NCBI RefSeq assembly: GCF_003010495.1
Contig: NZ_CP027570.1
Span: forward strand, 1,710,001-1,742,000
Reading direction: 5' to 3'
DNA from: Megasphaera elsdenii DSM 20460
Lineage (GTDB): Bacteria; Bacillota; Negativicutes; Veillonellales; Megasphaeraceae
Length of the DNA: 32,000 bases
Position 1 is the first letter of the stretch. Every line of letters starts with the position of its first letter. Both the position numbers and the translations under genes were made by a program. The notes beneath the pieces are model-generated. The model made no database searches. It saw only the letters and a list, made by a program, of their open reading frames with translations, and was not told the DNA's origin. Positions 8,397 to 15,799 of the stretch are shown here, in pieces.

Positions 8397-9035
8397 ATGA
8401 ATAAGAAAATTGCTGTTGTTGCTGCTGGTGGTCGTGTTTCTCGTAAGGTTATTTCTGAAGCGGTCCGCCGCGGTTTCGATGTGACGGCTTTTGGCCGCAA
8501 GGCAGAAAATATGACTGATGCCCAGCATTATGTACAGAAAGATATCCTCGATTTGACGGCGGCTGATTTGGCTGGTTTCGATGCTGTCGTCGACGGCTTT
8601 GGGGCCTGGACGCCGGAAACCCTGCCTGGTTATATGACGACGACGGAACATCTCTGCCAGATCCTCAGCGGCAGCCCAGTCCGCCTGCTCATCGTCGGCG
8701 GGGCTGGCTCACTCTTTACTAATAAAGAACACACGACTGTCCTGGCCGAAGCACCGGATTTCCCTGATGAATTCAAGCCTTTGGCAGCAGCTGCCGCTGA
8801 GGTTTTAAAGGCTATGCGCCAGCACGACGATGTCAAATGGACTTATGTCAGCCCGGCTGCGGACTTCCAGGCCGATGGCGAACGGACGGGGAAATACATC
8901 CTGGGCGGCGAAGAATTGACTTTGAACAGCCGTAACGAATCGATTATTTCCTATGCCGACTATGCCATCGCCATGGTCGACGAAATCGAAAAGGGCCATC
9001 ACATCAATCAGCGCATCAGCGTCGTCCGGGCCTAA
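8397..9035 (+). CDS. NAD(P)H-binding Rossmann protein (atypical SDR, NmrA/YwnB-like putative flavin reductase)
   Basis: The N-terminal dinucleotide fold is KIAVVAAGGRVSRKVISEAVRRGFDVTAFGR. At 212 aa, the size and overall pattern fit NAD(P)-binding-domain proteins. Confidence 0.7.
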   Translation: MNKKIAVVAAGGRVSRKVISEAVRRGFDVTAFGRKAENMTDAQHYVQKDILDLTAADLAGFDAVVDGFGAWTPETLPGYMTTTEHLCQILSGSPVRLLIVGGAGSLFTNKEHTTVLAEAPDFPDEFKPLAAAAAEVLKAMRQHDDVKWTYVSPAADFQADGERTGKYILGGEELTLNSRNESIISYADYAIAMVDEIEKGHHINQRISVVRA

Positions 9036-9067
9036 GTTTTTCATCGCTATTGAAGGAGGTGCCGGGA

Positions 9068-9970
9068 ATGGAAAAGATTCAGCAGTTACAACGGGCTTTG
9101 CATGATTCAGCGGCCGTCGTCATCGGTGCCGGTTCGGGCCTTTCGACGGCAGCGGGCCTGACCTATTCCGGTGAACGGTTCCGCCGGTATTTCTCGGATT
9201 TCATCAGGAAATACGGCATCCGCGACATGTATTCCGGCGGCTTTTTCCACTTTTCCGATGTTCGCGAATACTGGGCCTGGTGGAGCCGGGCCATTTACAT
9301 CAACCGCTACGTCCCGGCACCGACCGATGTCTATCGCCGTTTGTATGACCTGGTGCGGGACAAGGATTATTTCGTCTTGACGACCAATGTGGACCATCAG
9401 TTCCAGAAAGCCCGTTTCGATAAAAAGCGCTTGTTCTATACGCAAGGGGATTACGGCCTGTTCCAGGAGAAATATCCCGTGACGGCCAGGACCTATGATA
9501 ATGAGGCGGTCATCGTCGCCATGATGGAGGCCCAGGGCTTCGTCTATGACTCACATCACTGCTTCGTGCCGCCGGAAAAGGGGACCGTCTCCATGCAGGT
9601 CCCGGCGGCGCTCTGGCCGCGCAGCCCCGAAGATGGCCAGGACCTGGTGCCCAACCTGCGCTGTGACGACACGTTCGTCGAAGATGCAGGCTGGAAGGCG
9701 GCGGCCCGCCGGTATCAGCAGTTTTTGCAGGACCATCGGCAGGGACGTGTGCTCTACCTGGAATTAGGCGTCGGCATGAATACGCCGGGAATCATCAAGA
9801 TTCCTTTTTGGCAGTACACCCAGGCTAATCCGCAGGCCATCTACGCCTGCGTCAATGCCAGTGATGCCCGCAGTCCGGAATGGATCCGCCGGCAGGCCAT
9901 CGGCATCGAAGGGGATATCGCCGATGTACTCACTGCCTTAGAAAGGGGGGAGAGTCATGAACCGTCATGA
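9068..9970 (+). CDS. Class-M sirtuin (SirTM-type, predicted protein ADP-ribosyltransferase)
   Basis: The sirtuin NAD pocket is VVIGAGSGLSTAAGL and TTNVDHQF replaces the usual TQNID. Gln replaces the catalytic His (LFYTQGDYG). There is no Zn-ribbon CxxC pair. The gene is translationally coupled to a macrodomain gene. The start is taken at MEKIQQ, with GGAGG upstream. Confidence 0.75.
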   Translation: MEKIQQLQRALHDSAAVVIGAGSGLSTAAGLTYSGERFRRYFSDFIRKYGIRDMYSGGFFHFSDVREYWAWWSRAIYINRYVPAPTDVYRRLYDLVRDKDYFVLTTNVDHQFQKARFDKKRLFYTQGDYGLFQEKYPVTARTYDNEAVIVAMMEAQGFVYDSHHCFVPPEKGTVSMQVPAALWPRSPEDGQDLVPNLRCDDTFVEDAGWKAAARRYQQFLQDHRQGRVLYLELGVGMNTPGIIKIPFWQYTQANPQAIYACVNASDARSPEWIRRQAIGIEGDIADVLTALERGESHEPS

Positions 9971-10748
9971 ACAACTTGCTTTTTTGATTCACCAGCTTCA
10001 GCAGGAAATGCCGGAATACGCCGCTTATGACATTCCCGATGACGATGGTCAGGCGTTCCAGCTCTACCGGGCCTTGTGCAACGTCCGCCAGCCGGGGAAA
10101 CATGTGCCGTCGCCGCAGTTCCTAGCTGCCGAAGCGGCTGTCCTCCAGGGACTGACGCGGGAAAAAGGGATTACCGATGGCCGCTATCTGCCGGCCATTC
10201 CTAGCCATGAGCATCTGCATCTCTGGCAAGGAGATATTACGACGCTGGCTGTCGATGCCATCGTCAATGCCGCTAATGACCAGCTCCTGGGCTGTTTTCG
10301 ACCGCTCCACTCGTGTATCGACAATATGATCCATACTATGGCCGGCGTGGCTTTGCGGGAACGATGTTTTACTATCATGCAGGCCCAGGGCCATGCTGAG
10401 GCGACGGGCCAGGCGAAAATCACGCCGGCTTACAACCTGCCCTGCCGCTACGTCCTGCATACCGTCGGACCTATCGTCCGGGGGGCTTTGACGCCACAGA
10501 CCCAAGGCCAGCTGGCTTCGTGCTATCGGAGCTGCCTCGACTTGGCCGCCGCCAAAGGCTGCCAGTCCCTGGCCTTCTGCTGCATCTCGACAGGCGTCTT
10601 CGGCTTCCCTAAAAAAGAAGCGGCCCACATTGCCGTAACCAACGTATCGCAGTGGCTGCGGCAACATGAGCCGATAGAAGTCGTCTTCAACGTTTTTACC
10701 GAGGAAGATTATAGGATATATAATCGTTATTTACATAAAGGAGTATGA
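9957..10748 (+). CDS. Macrodomain protein, SirTM-associated Zn-type (ADP-ribose hydrolase)
   Basis: The macro core is LWQGDITTLAVDAIVNAANDQLLG...VLHTVGP. The Cys/His insertion GCFRPLHSCIDNMIH is characteristic of Zn-dependent macrodomains in SirTM operons. The gene overlaps the SirTM gene by 14 nt and has a strong RBS (GGGGGGAGAG). Confidence 0.8.
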   Translation: MNRHEQLAFLIHQLQQEMPEYAAYDIPDDDGQAFQLYRALCNVRQPGKHVPSPQFLAAEAAVLQGLTREKGITDGRYLPAIPSHEHLHLWQGDITTLAVDAIVNAANDQLLGCFRPLHSCIDNMIHTMAGVALRERCFTIMQAQGHAEATGQAKITPAYNLPCRYVLHTVGPIVRGALTPQTQGQLASCYRSCLDLAAAKGCQSLAFCCISTGVFGFPKKEAAHIAVTNVSQWLRQHEPIEVVFNVFTEEDYRIYNRYLHKGV

Positions 10749-10753
10749 TTATT

Positions 10754-10963
10754 ATGAAAAAGATTATTTTAGCTGTCCTCTTTGGAGCATTCAGTGTAAG
10801 CGGAATGGCTGCTTTTGCAACTGCCCCTGTTCACCAAGGTTATTCGGAAAATGGTGATTATCAAGCTGTTGTAAATCAGCAAATAAACACGACTGAGCTG
10901 AGAGGCCCAGTATCACATACCTATTCAGAAAATGGCGATTACCAAGCAGCTCCGGCCAGATAG
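10754..10963 (+). CDS. Small exported protein with duplicated YSENGDYQA motif
   Basis: It has a Sec signal (MKKIILAVLFGAFSVSGMAAFA, then TAP). The mature part is about 47 aa, has no Lys, and contains two copies of YSENGDYQA. The RBS AAAGGAG is 10 nt upstream of ATG 10754. I recognise no homolog. Confidence 0.5.
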   Translation: MKKIILAVLFGAFSVSGMAAFATAPVHQGYSENGDYQAVVNQQINTTELRGPVSHTYSENGDYQAAPAR

Positions 10964-11161
10964 AACCCTGCGGGCCGCCTTACCAGGCGGCCGATGCCAA
11001 CCTCTTCCGAAGAACCTCTCAGACCGCCGTTGGCGGCCAGCTCCCCTATGAAGGGGAGCCTTTGGGCGCTCCTGCGCCTGATTTCCAGAGTCTATTGCGG
11101 CAAAGCCGCTTCTGAGTCCGAGCAAACAGGTCCCTACGGTGCGGCCATAAGGCCGCAAAAA

Positions 11162-11194
11162 CGAACCACGAACCACTAGCCACGAGCCACGAAC
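11162..11194 (+). repeat. Heptad tandem array CGAACCA CGAACCA CTAGCCA CGAGCCA CGAAC
   Basis: The array abuts the stop codon (11196-11198) of the minus-strand porin gene. Confidence 0.85.
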
Positions 11195-11195
11195 A

Positions 11196-12542
11196 TTAAA
11201 ACAGCATCTGGAAGTGGATGCGGGTCATTTCGTGGGGATCCTGGCTGCCGGTCTTGGCCTGGCTGGCGAAGGACTGCATGACGCTGAATTTCAGGTTCTT
11301 GGCGACGATGTAGTCGACGCCGATACCCCAGCTGCGCTGGTTATCCATGTCGCTGGAGAAACGCCACGTGAAGGGGTTGCCGCCGAGGAAGGAGCCGTCG
11401 TCGAGGTCGAGGTATTCCAGCCACGTATCCCAGCTGCCGGGAGCGGCGAAGGACGCATTGCCGTACTGGAGTTTGCCCATCCAGGCGTCGCCGTAATCCT
11501 GGCCGTCGACGTTCTTGACACCTGCGTTGAAGCCGATGTGTTCGTAGTTGGCCAGGGCGCTCCACTTGCCGTAGTTGCCGCGGGCGAAGTAGCCGGCAAT
11601 GTATTTGGCGAAATAGTCTTCTCCCGAGCTGTGGTTGGACTGGTGGAGGCGGTTGTAGTAAATGCCGGCTTCGGAACGGGCTGCTTTGCCGCCGCCGAAG
11701 AAGACGTCGATTTCGCCGTAGCCCGTCTTCAAGCCGTCGGTACTGAAGTGGTCCGAATGGGCGTCGGAAATAGGTTTCACCGTATCGACGCCGGGCTTCT
11801 TGCCGTCCTTGAATTTGCCGTAGCCCGTGGTGATGGCCAGGTTATCGTTGTGATAGCGCAGTTCGGCGCCGTCCAGGGCATCGAAGTACTGCAGACCATA
11901 GGCGTCGCGGCCGATGCGGTAGACGTCATTGCGGCCGACGCTGAGTTCCCAGTTCTTGCTGCCGAAGTTGTAATCCACTTTGGCTAAATCCATATAGGGG
12001 TTGTTGCCTTCGTCAGAAGCGGCTTTGTTGCTGGCGAAGGGGCGAAAGCCCGTGCTGACACCGGCTGTGACCTTGGTGCGGTCATTGACCTGGCCTTGGG
12101 CACGGATGCGGAAGCGCGTATCCCAGGAATTGTCGTTCTTCTTGTTGCCGTTCTGGTAACGGTAACGGACGAAGGCATCGCCGAAAACGCGGGTGTTGCC
12201 GACGCGGTTTTCCAGGTTGGTCACGCGGACGCCGAGGTTGTTCAGTTCGTCGGCATATTCGTCAGCCAGCTTGTTGATCAGGGCCCGCTGTTCGACAGAG
12301 GCTTTGTCCATATGGGCCATGGCCTTGGCGACCATTTCAGCGGCTTCGTAGCGGGTGATGTTGCGATGGCCCTGGAAATACTGACCGTCGACGCCCTGGA
12401 TGATACCGGCGTCGGCCAGTTCGACGACGGACTTGTAAGCCCAGCTGTCAGACGGGACATCGACAAAGGGATTCGCGGCTAAGGCCGACAGGGAAGTGAC
12501 AGCTAAGGCGGCTGTCAGGGTACAGACTACTTGTTTCTTCAC
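11196..12542 (-). CDS. OmpM-like outer-membrane porin with N-terminal SLH domain
   Basis: It has a signal peptide, then an SLH domain (FVDVPSDSWAYKSVVELADAGIIQGVDGQYFQGHRNITRYEAAEMVAKA). A coiled-coil linker follows, then an aromatic/Gly-rich beta-barrel region ending in a terminal Phe (IHFQMLF). The start codon is GTG. The architecture is typical of Negativicutes. Confidence 0.85.
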   Translation of the reverse strand: MKKQVVCTLTAALAVTSLSALAANPFVDVPSDSWAYKSVVELADAGIIQGVDGQYFQGHRNITRYEAAEMVAKAMAHMDKASVEQRALINKLADEYADELNNLGVRVTNLENRVGNTRVFGDAFVRYRYQNGNKKNDNSWDTRFRIRAQGQVNDRTKVTAGVSTGFRPFASNKAASDEGNNPYMDLAKVDYNFGSKNWELSVGRNDVYRIGRDAYGLQYFDALDGAELRYHNDNLAITTGYGKFKDGKKPGVDTVKPISDAHSDHFSTDGLKTGYGEIDVFFGGGKAARSEAGIYYNRLHQSNHSSGEDYFAKYIAGYFARGNYGKWSALANYEHIGFNAGVKNVDGQDYGDAWMGKLQYGNASFAAPGSWDTWLEYLDLDDGSFLGGNPFTWRFSSDMDNQRSWGIGVDYIVAKNLKFSVMQSFASQAKTGSQDPHEMTRIHFQMLF

Positions 12543-12617
12543 GAATCAAAGACCTTCTTTCTTCTCGTTCTTTTTGCGTATGCAGAAAAACGCATAAAAT
12601 TATACATTGCATTTAGT

Positions 12618-12647
12618 ATACTACGGCACGTTATGATTGTGTGTCAA
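12618..12647 (-). promoter_or_regulatory. Candidate promoter of the porin gene (TTGACA-18-TAGTAT on the minus strand)
   Basis: tgtcaa lies at 12642-12647 and atacta at 12618-12623 in plus-strand coordinates. An alternative TATAAT lies nearby. Confidence 0.4.
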
Positions 12648-12671
12648 ATGAGAAGAAAGTTTACTTTTTAT

Positions 12672-13394
12672 TTATAATTTTACGTGGCTGAAGACTTCAC
12701 CAATCGGGTCGTGGAGCACCAGGTCGGCTGCGCTGTCCATGTCCGTACTGGATTTGTTGATCAAGACCAGTTTATGGCCGCGGTAGTAACGGACCAGACC
12801 GGCTGCTGGGTAGACGACGAGGCTCGTGCCGCCGATGATGAGCATATCGGCGTGGCTGATGTAGTACAGGGACTGTTCGATGACGTCGTTGTCCAGGCCT
12901 TCTTCATAGAGGACGACGTCAGGCTTGATGATGCCGCCGCAGGCGTCGCACTTGGGGATGCCTGTGGAATTCTTCATGTATTCGGCGTCGAAGAACTTGT
13001 TGCAGTGCATGCAGAAGTTACGATGGACGCTGCCGTGTAGTTCCAAGACGTTTTGGCTGCCCGCTTTCTGGTGCAGGCCGTCGATGTTCTGGGTGACGAT
13101 GGCTTTTAGTTTGCCCGCTTTTTCCAGTTCGGCCAGTTTGATATGGGCCATGTTGGGCTGGGCGTCGAGGGCCAGCATCTTGTCGCGGTAGAAGCGGTAA
13201 AATTCTTCCGTGTTGTCCATGAAGAAGGAATGGCTGAGGATCGTTTCGGGCGGGTATTTATAGTGCTGGTTGTACAGGCCGTCGGTGCTGCGGAAATCGG
13301 GGATGCCGCTTTCCGTCGAGACGCCGGCGCCGCCGAAGAAGACGATGTTATCGGAATTTTTGACCATGTCGACGAATTTTTCAATATCTGTCAT
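12672..13394 (-). CDS. cobB: NAD-dependent protein deacylase, canonical Sir2/CobB
   Basis: GGAGVSTESGIPDFRS, TQNIDGLH, the catalytic His in LELHGS and the Zn ribbon CMHC...CDAC are all present. The start is taken at MTDIEKF, with AAGGAG 8 nt upstream. Confidence 0.9.
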   Translation of the reverse strand: MTDIEKFVDMVKNSDNIVFFGGAGVSTESGIPDFRSTDGLYNQHYKYPPETILSHSFFMDNTEEFYRFYRDKMLALDAQPNMAHIKLAELEKAGKLKAIVTQNIDGLHQKAGSQNVLELHGSVHRNFCMHCNKFFDAEYMKNSTGIPKCDACGGIIKPDVVLYEEGLDNDVIEQSLYYISHADMLIIGGTSLVVYPAAGLVRYYRGHKLVLINKSSTDMDSAADLVLHDPIGEVFSHVKL

Positions 13395-13408
13395 CGTAAG
13401 GGCTCCTT

Positions 13409-13900
13409 TCACACATGATACGTATCTTTTAATAATTGCAGACCCGATGGGGTACGGAATACCTTGTCGCGGAAGGTGGCAATGGCTTCCGGTTTCAGCT
13501 GGTCTTCATAGGCGTTGACCAAAAAATCGGCTTCCAGGAGTATCTGGTAGTCCAGGCCGTCGATGCCGTCGTAGGTGTGGTGGTGGGCGATGAGGAAGCA
13601 GACCCGGTCGATGAGCTTTTCGTCAGCACCGAGTTCTTCCAGGATGGCCCTGGCCGGGGCGGGACCTTCGATTTCCTGGTATTTGCCCGACGAGGAACCG
13701 TATTTTTCTTCGGCTGCGTGGATGCCGATGTCGTGGAGGACGGCGGCTGTCCGCAGGATGTCCTGCTGGTCTGCCGGCAGTCCTTCCAGGCGGCCGATGG
13801 TGTCGGCGTAGGCGTAGACCTTGAGGAAATGGTGGATGCGCCGGGCGTCGCCGTGGTCGAAGGCGATGGCTTTTTGTATTACTTGTTCAATAGATGTCAT
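13409..13900 (-). CDS. HD-domain phosphohydrolase-family protein
   Basis: HHFLKV...AAVLHDIG...IAHHHTY matches the H..HD..H metal-binding pattern. The stop lies 14 nt upstream of the cobB start, so the two are probably one operon. Confidence 0.7.
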   Translation of the reverse strand: MTSIEQVIQKAIAFDHGDARRIHHFLKVYAYADTIGRLEGLPADQQDILRTAAVLHDIGIHAAEEKYGSSSGKYQEIEGPAPARAILEELGADEKLIDRVCFLIAHHHTYDGIDGLDYQILLEADFLVNAYEDQLKPEAIATFRDKVFRTPSGLQLLKDTYHV

Positions 13901-13980
13901 GGGAATCCCTGCCTTTCCTTTTCATTATACTACAGGGTCGGGAGGATAGGAACGGGGTAGGACCATTCCTCCATAACCTA

Positions 13981-14010
13981 TTGACAAATTATCATAGAAT
14001 CCTTTATCAT
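13981..14010 (+). promoter_or_regulatory. Candidate promoter of the AGCS transporter gene (TTGACA-18-TATCAT)
   Basis: TTGACA lies at 13981-13986 and TATCAT at 14005-14010. Confidence 0.45.
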
Positions 14011-14071
14011 TTTTAAAGAACTTCTTTATTTATTTTATACTTTTTTTGTTTTATAGTAAGGATGTGATTCT

Positions 14072-15478
14072 ATGATTATGGCTGTCCTGAACTATCTCGA
14101 TGATGTCCTTTATTATCCTATTTTAATGGTCATCCTCATCGCAGCCGGCCTTATTTTTTCCTGGAAGACGCGCTGTGTCCAGCTGCGCCTGTTCCCGGAG
14201 AGTATCCGTGTCGTCATGGAAAAACCGACAGAAGCCGGGAAAGTATCGTCTTTCCAGGCCCTTATGGTTTCGACGGCGTCCCGTGTCGGTACGGGCAATA
14301 TCATCGGCGTATCGACGGCAATCTGCCTGGGTGGTCCCGGCGCTGTCTTCTGGATGTGGCTCCTAGCCATCATCGGCGGGGCGACGGCCTTTATTGAAAG
14401 TACGTTGGCTCAGATTTACAAGCGCCGCAATCCCTTAGGCCACAGTTACGGCGGTCCGGCCTATTACATTGAAACGGCCATGCATCAGCGCTGGCTCGGC
14501 GTCCTCTTTGCCTTTGCCCTGATCGTGACTTATGCCGGCGGCTTTAACCTGCTCTGCTCGTTCAACATGCAGTCGACGTTCCTCGTCTACAGTTTCTACG
14601 ACCCGACGACGACGCCGTGGATCATCGGCGCTGTCTTTGCCGCTCTCGTCGCATACTGCCTCATCGGCGGCGGCCAGCGTATCATTAAGGTCACATCGGT
14701 CCTGGTTCCGGTCATGGGCGGCGTCTATATCCTGGCAGCCCTCATCGTCATCCTTTTCCACATCACCAGCCTGCCGCAGGTCTTCGCCATGATTTTTGCC
14801 GATGCCTTCGATTTCCAGTCCATCCTCGGCGGCATCTCCGGCTCCTGCATGATCTATGGTATCAAGCGCGGCCTCTATTCCAATGAAGCCGGTATCGGTT
14901 CGGCCCCGAATGCGGCAGCCGCAGCCGATGTCAGCCATCCGGTTAAACAGGGCCTGGTCCAGATGCTGTCGGTCTTCATCGACACCCTCCTGGTCTGCAG
15001 TGCCACGGCTTTCATGGGCCTTTTCTCGGGCGTGCCCATCACCAAGGAAGTAGCCGGTGCGGCTTATGTCCAGAATGCAGCGACAGCCGTCTTCGGCGGC
15101 TTCGGTCCGCTCCTGATTACGATTTGTATGCTCCTCTTCGGCTTCTCTACGCTCATCGGCAACCTGTTCTACGTCGATAACTGCATCCGCTTTATCCACA
15201 AGGGGGCTCCGTCCCACGGTTTCGTCAATACCTTCCGTATTGTCTGCGTCCTCGTCGTCTTCGTCGGCGCCGGCATGTCCATGGCCGCTGTCTGGGATAT
15301 TGCCGATATCCTCATGGCTGTCATGTGCTTCATCAACATCCCGGCCTGCTTCATCCTGGGCAATACGGCTGTCAAAGCTATGCGCGACTACCAGCAGCAG
15401 AAGAAGGAAGGCAAGAACCCTGTCTTCAAGGCGGCTTCCATCGGTATCGATGAAAGTACGGTCCAATATTGGAAGTAA
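14072..15478 (+). CDS. Alanine/glycine:cation symporter (AGCS family)
   Basis: The AGCS signature region is FQALMVSTASRVGTGNIIGVSTAICLGGPGAVFWMWLLAIIGGATAFIESTLAQIYK. There are about 11 hydrophobic segments. Confidence 0.88.
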   Translation: MIMAVLNYLDDVLYYPILMVILIAAGLIFSWKTRCVQLRLFPESIRVVMEKPTEAGKVSSFQALMVSTASRVGTGNIIGVSTAICLGGPGAVFWMWLLAIIGGATAFIESTLAQIYKRRNPLGHSYGGPAYYIETAMHQRWLGVLFAFALIVTYAGGFNLLCSFNMQSTFLVYSFYDPTTTPWIIGAVFAALVAYCLIGGGQRIIKVTSVLVPVMGGVYILAALIVILFHITSLPQVFAMIFADAFDFQSILGGISGSCMIYGIKRGLYSNEAGIGSAPNAAAAADVSHPVKQGLVQMLSVFIDTLLVCSATAFMGLFSGVPITKEVAGAAYVQNAATAVFGGFGPLLITICMLLFGFSTLIGNLFYVDNCIRFIHKGAPSHGFVNTFRIVCVLVVFVGAGMSMAAVWDIADILMAVMCFINIPACFILGNTAVKAMRDYQQQKKEGKNPVFKAASIGIDESTVQYWK

Positions 15479-15483
15479 TCCTC

Positions 15484-15512
15484 TTGACAAATGGGGGAGA
15501 AGCCTTTACAAT
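15484..15512 (+). promoter_or_regulatory. ileS promoter (TTGACA-17-TACAAT)
   Basis: TTGACA lies at 15484-15489 and TACAAT at 15507-15512. Confidence 0.7.
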
Positions 15513-15544
15513 ACGTCTATGTACAAGTAATTGTCATAAAAAAT

Positions 15545-15776
15545 GAAAAGCGATGAACAAGACGGCCAGTGTCGCCTACGCCTTTTCAGCGAACCGGGGA
15601 TAGTGAGAGCCCGGCAAAGGCCGTATGCTGGCGGATCACTTGGGAGCTGCAGCTGCGAACCAGCTGCCGGGTCGCGTCGTTATTGCGCGTCAAAGTGGCT
15701 GCTCCGGCAGTCAATAGGGTGGTACCACGGTGATTACGTCTTCGTCCCTTTTGGGACGGAGACGTTATTTTTTTTC
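15545..15776 (+). promoter_or_regulatory. T-box riboswitch, Ile specifier (AUC)
   Basis: The stem I base is AGCGATGAACAAGA and the distal motif is AGTGAGAG. The specifier ATC lies at 15635-15637 and is followed by A. The T-box sequence AATAGGGTGGTACCACGG lies at 15713-15730. The terminator stem is ACGTCTTCGTCCC/GGGACGGAGACGT (15736-15765) with a T-run. Confidence 0.9.
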
Positions 15777-15799
15777 ACAGATTCAGAGGAGGAAACATA

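Noticed and set aside
10964-11160. A tRNA, SRP RNA, 6S RNA or tmRNA hidden in the hairpin-rich tract.
   Set aside because: There is no cloverleaf with a GTTCGAATC-type T-arm, no SRP domain IV motif, and no long closing helix with a central bubble. The tract remains unassigned.
10925-11179. An 83-aa minus-strand ORF and a 61-aa plus-strand ORF in the GC-rich tract.
   Set aside because: They have no RBS, and their Pro/Arg/Ala-rich translations are typical of random GC-rich sequence. The tract is better described as a hairpin-dense non-coding region.
12672-13900. The SIR2 plus HD pair as an anti-phage defence module (Thoeris ThsA-like, DSR or SIR2-HerA type).
   Set aside because: The sirtuin is a short canonical CobB with catalytic His and Zn ribbon and no SLOG, TIR or HerA partner. 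The context is housekeeping.
14435-15490. A 351-aa minus-strand ORF opposite the AGCS transporter gene.
   Set aside because: The same antisense artefact applies. The acidic low-complexity translation is implausible as a protein.
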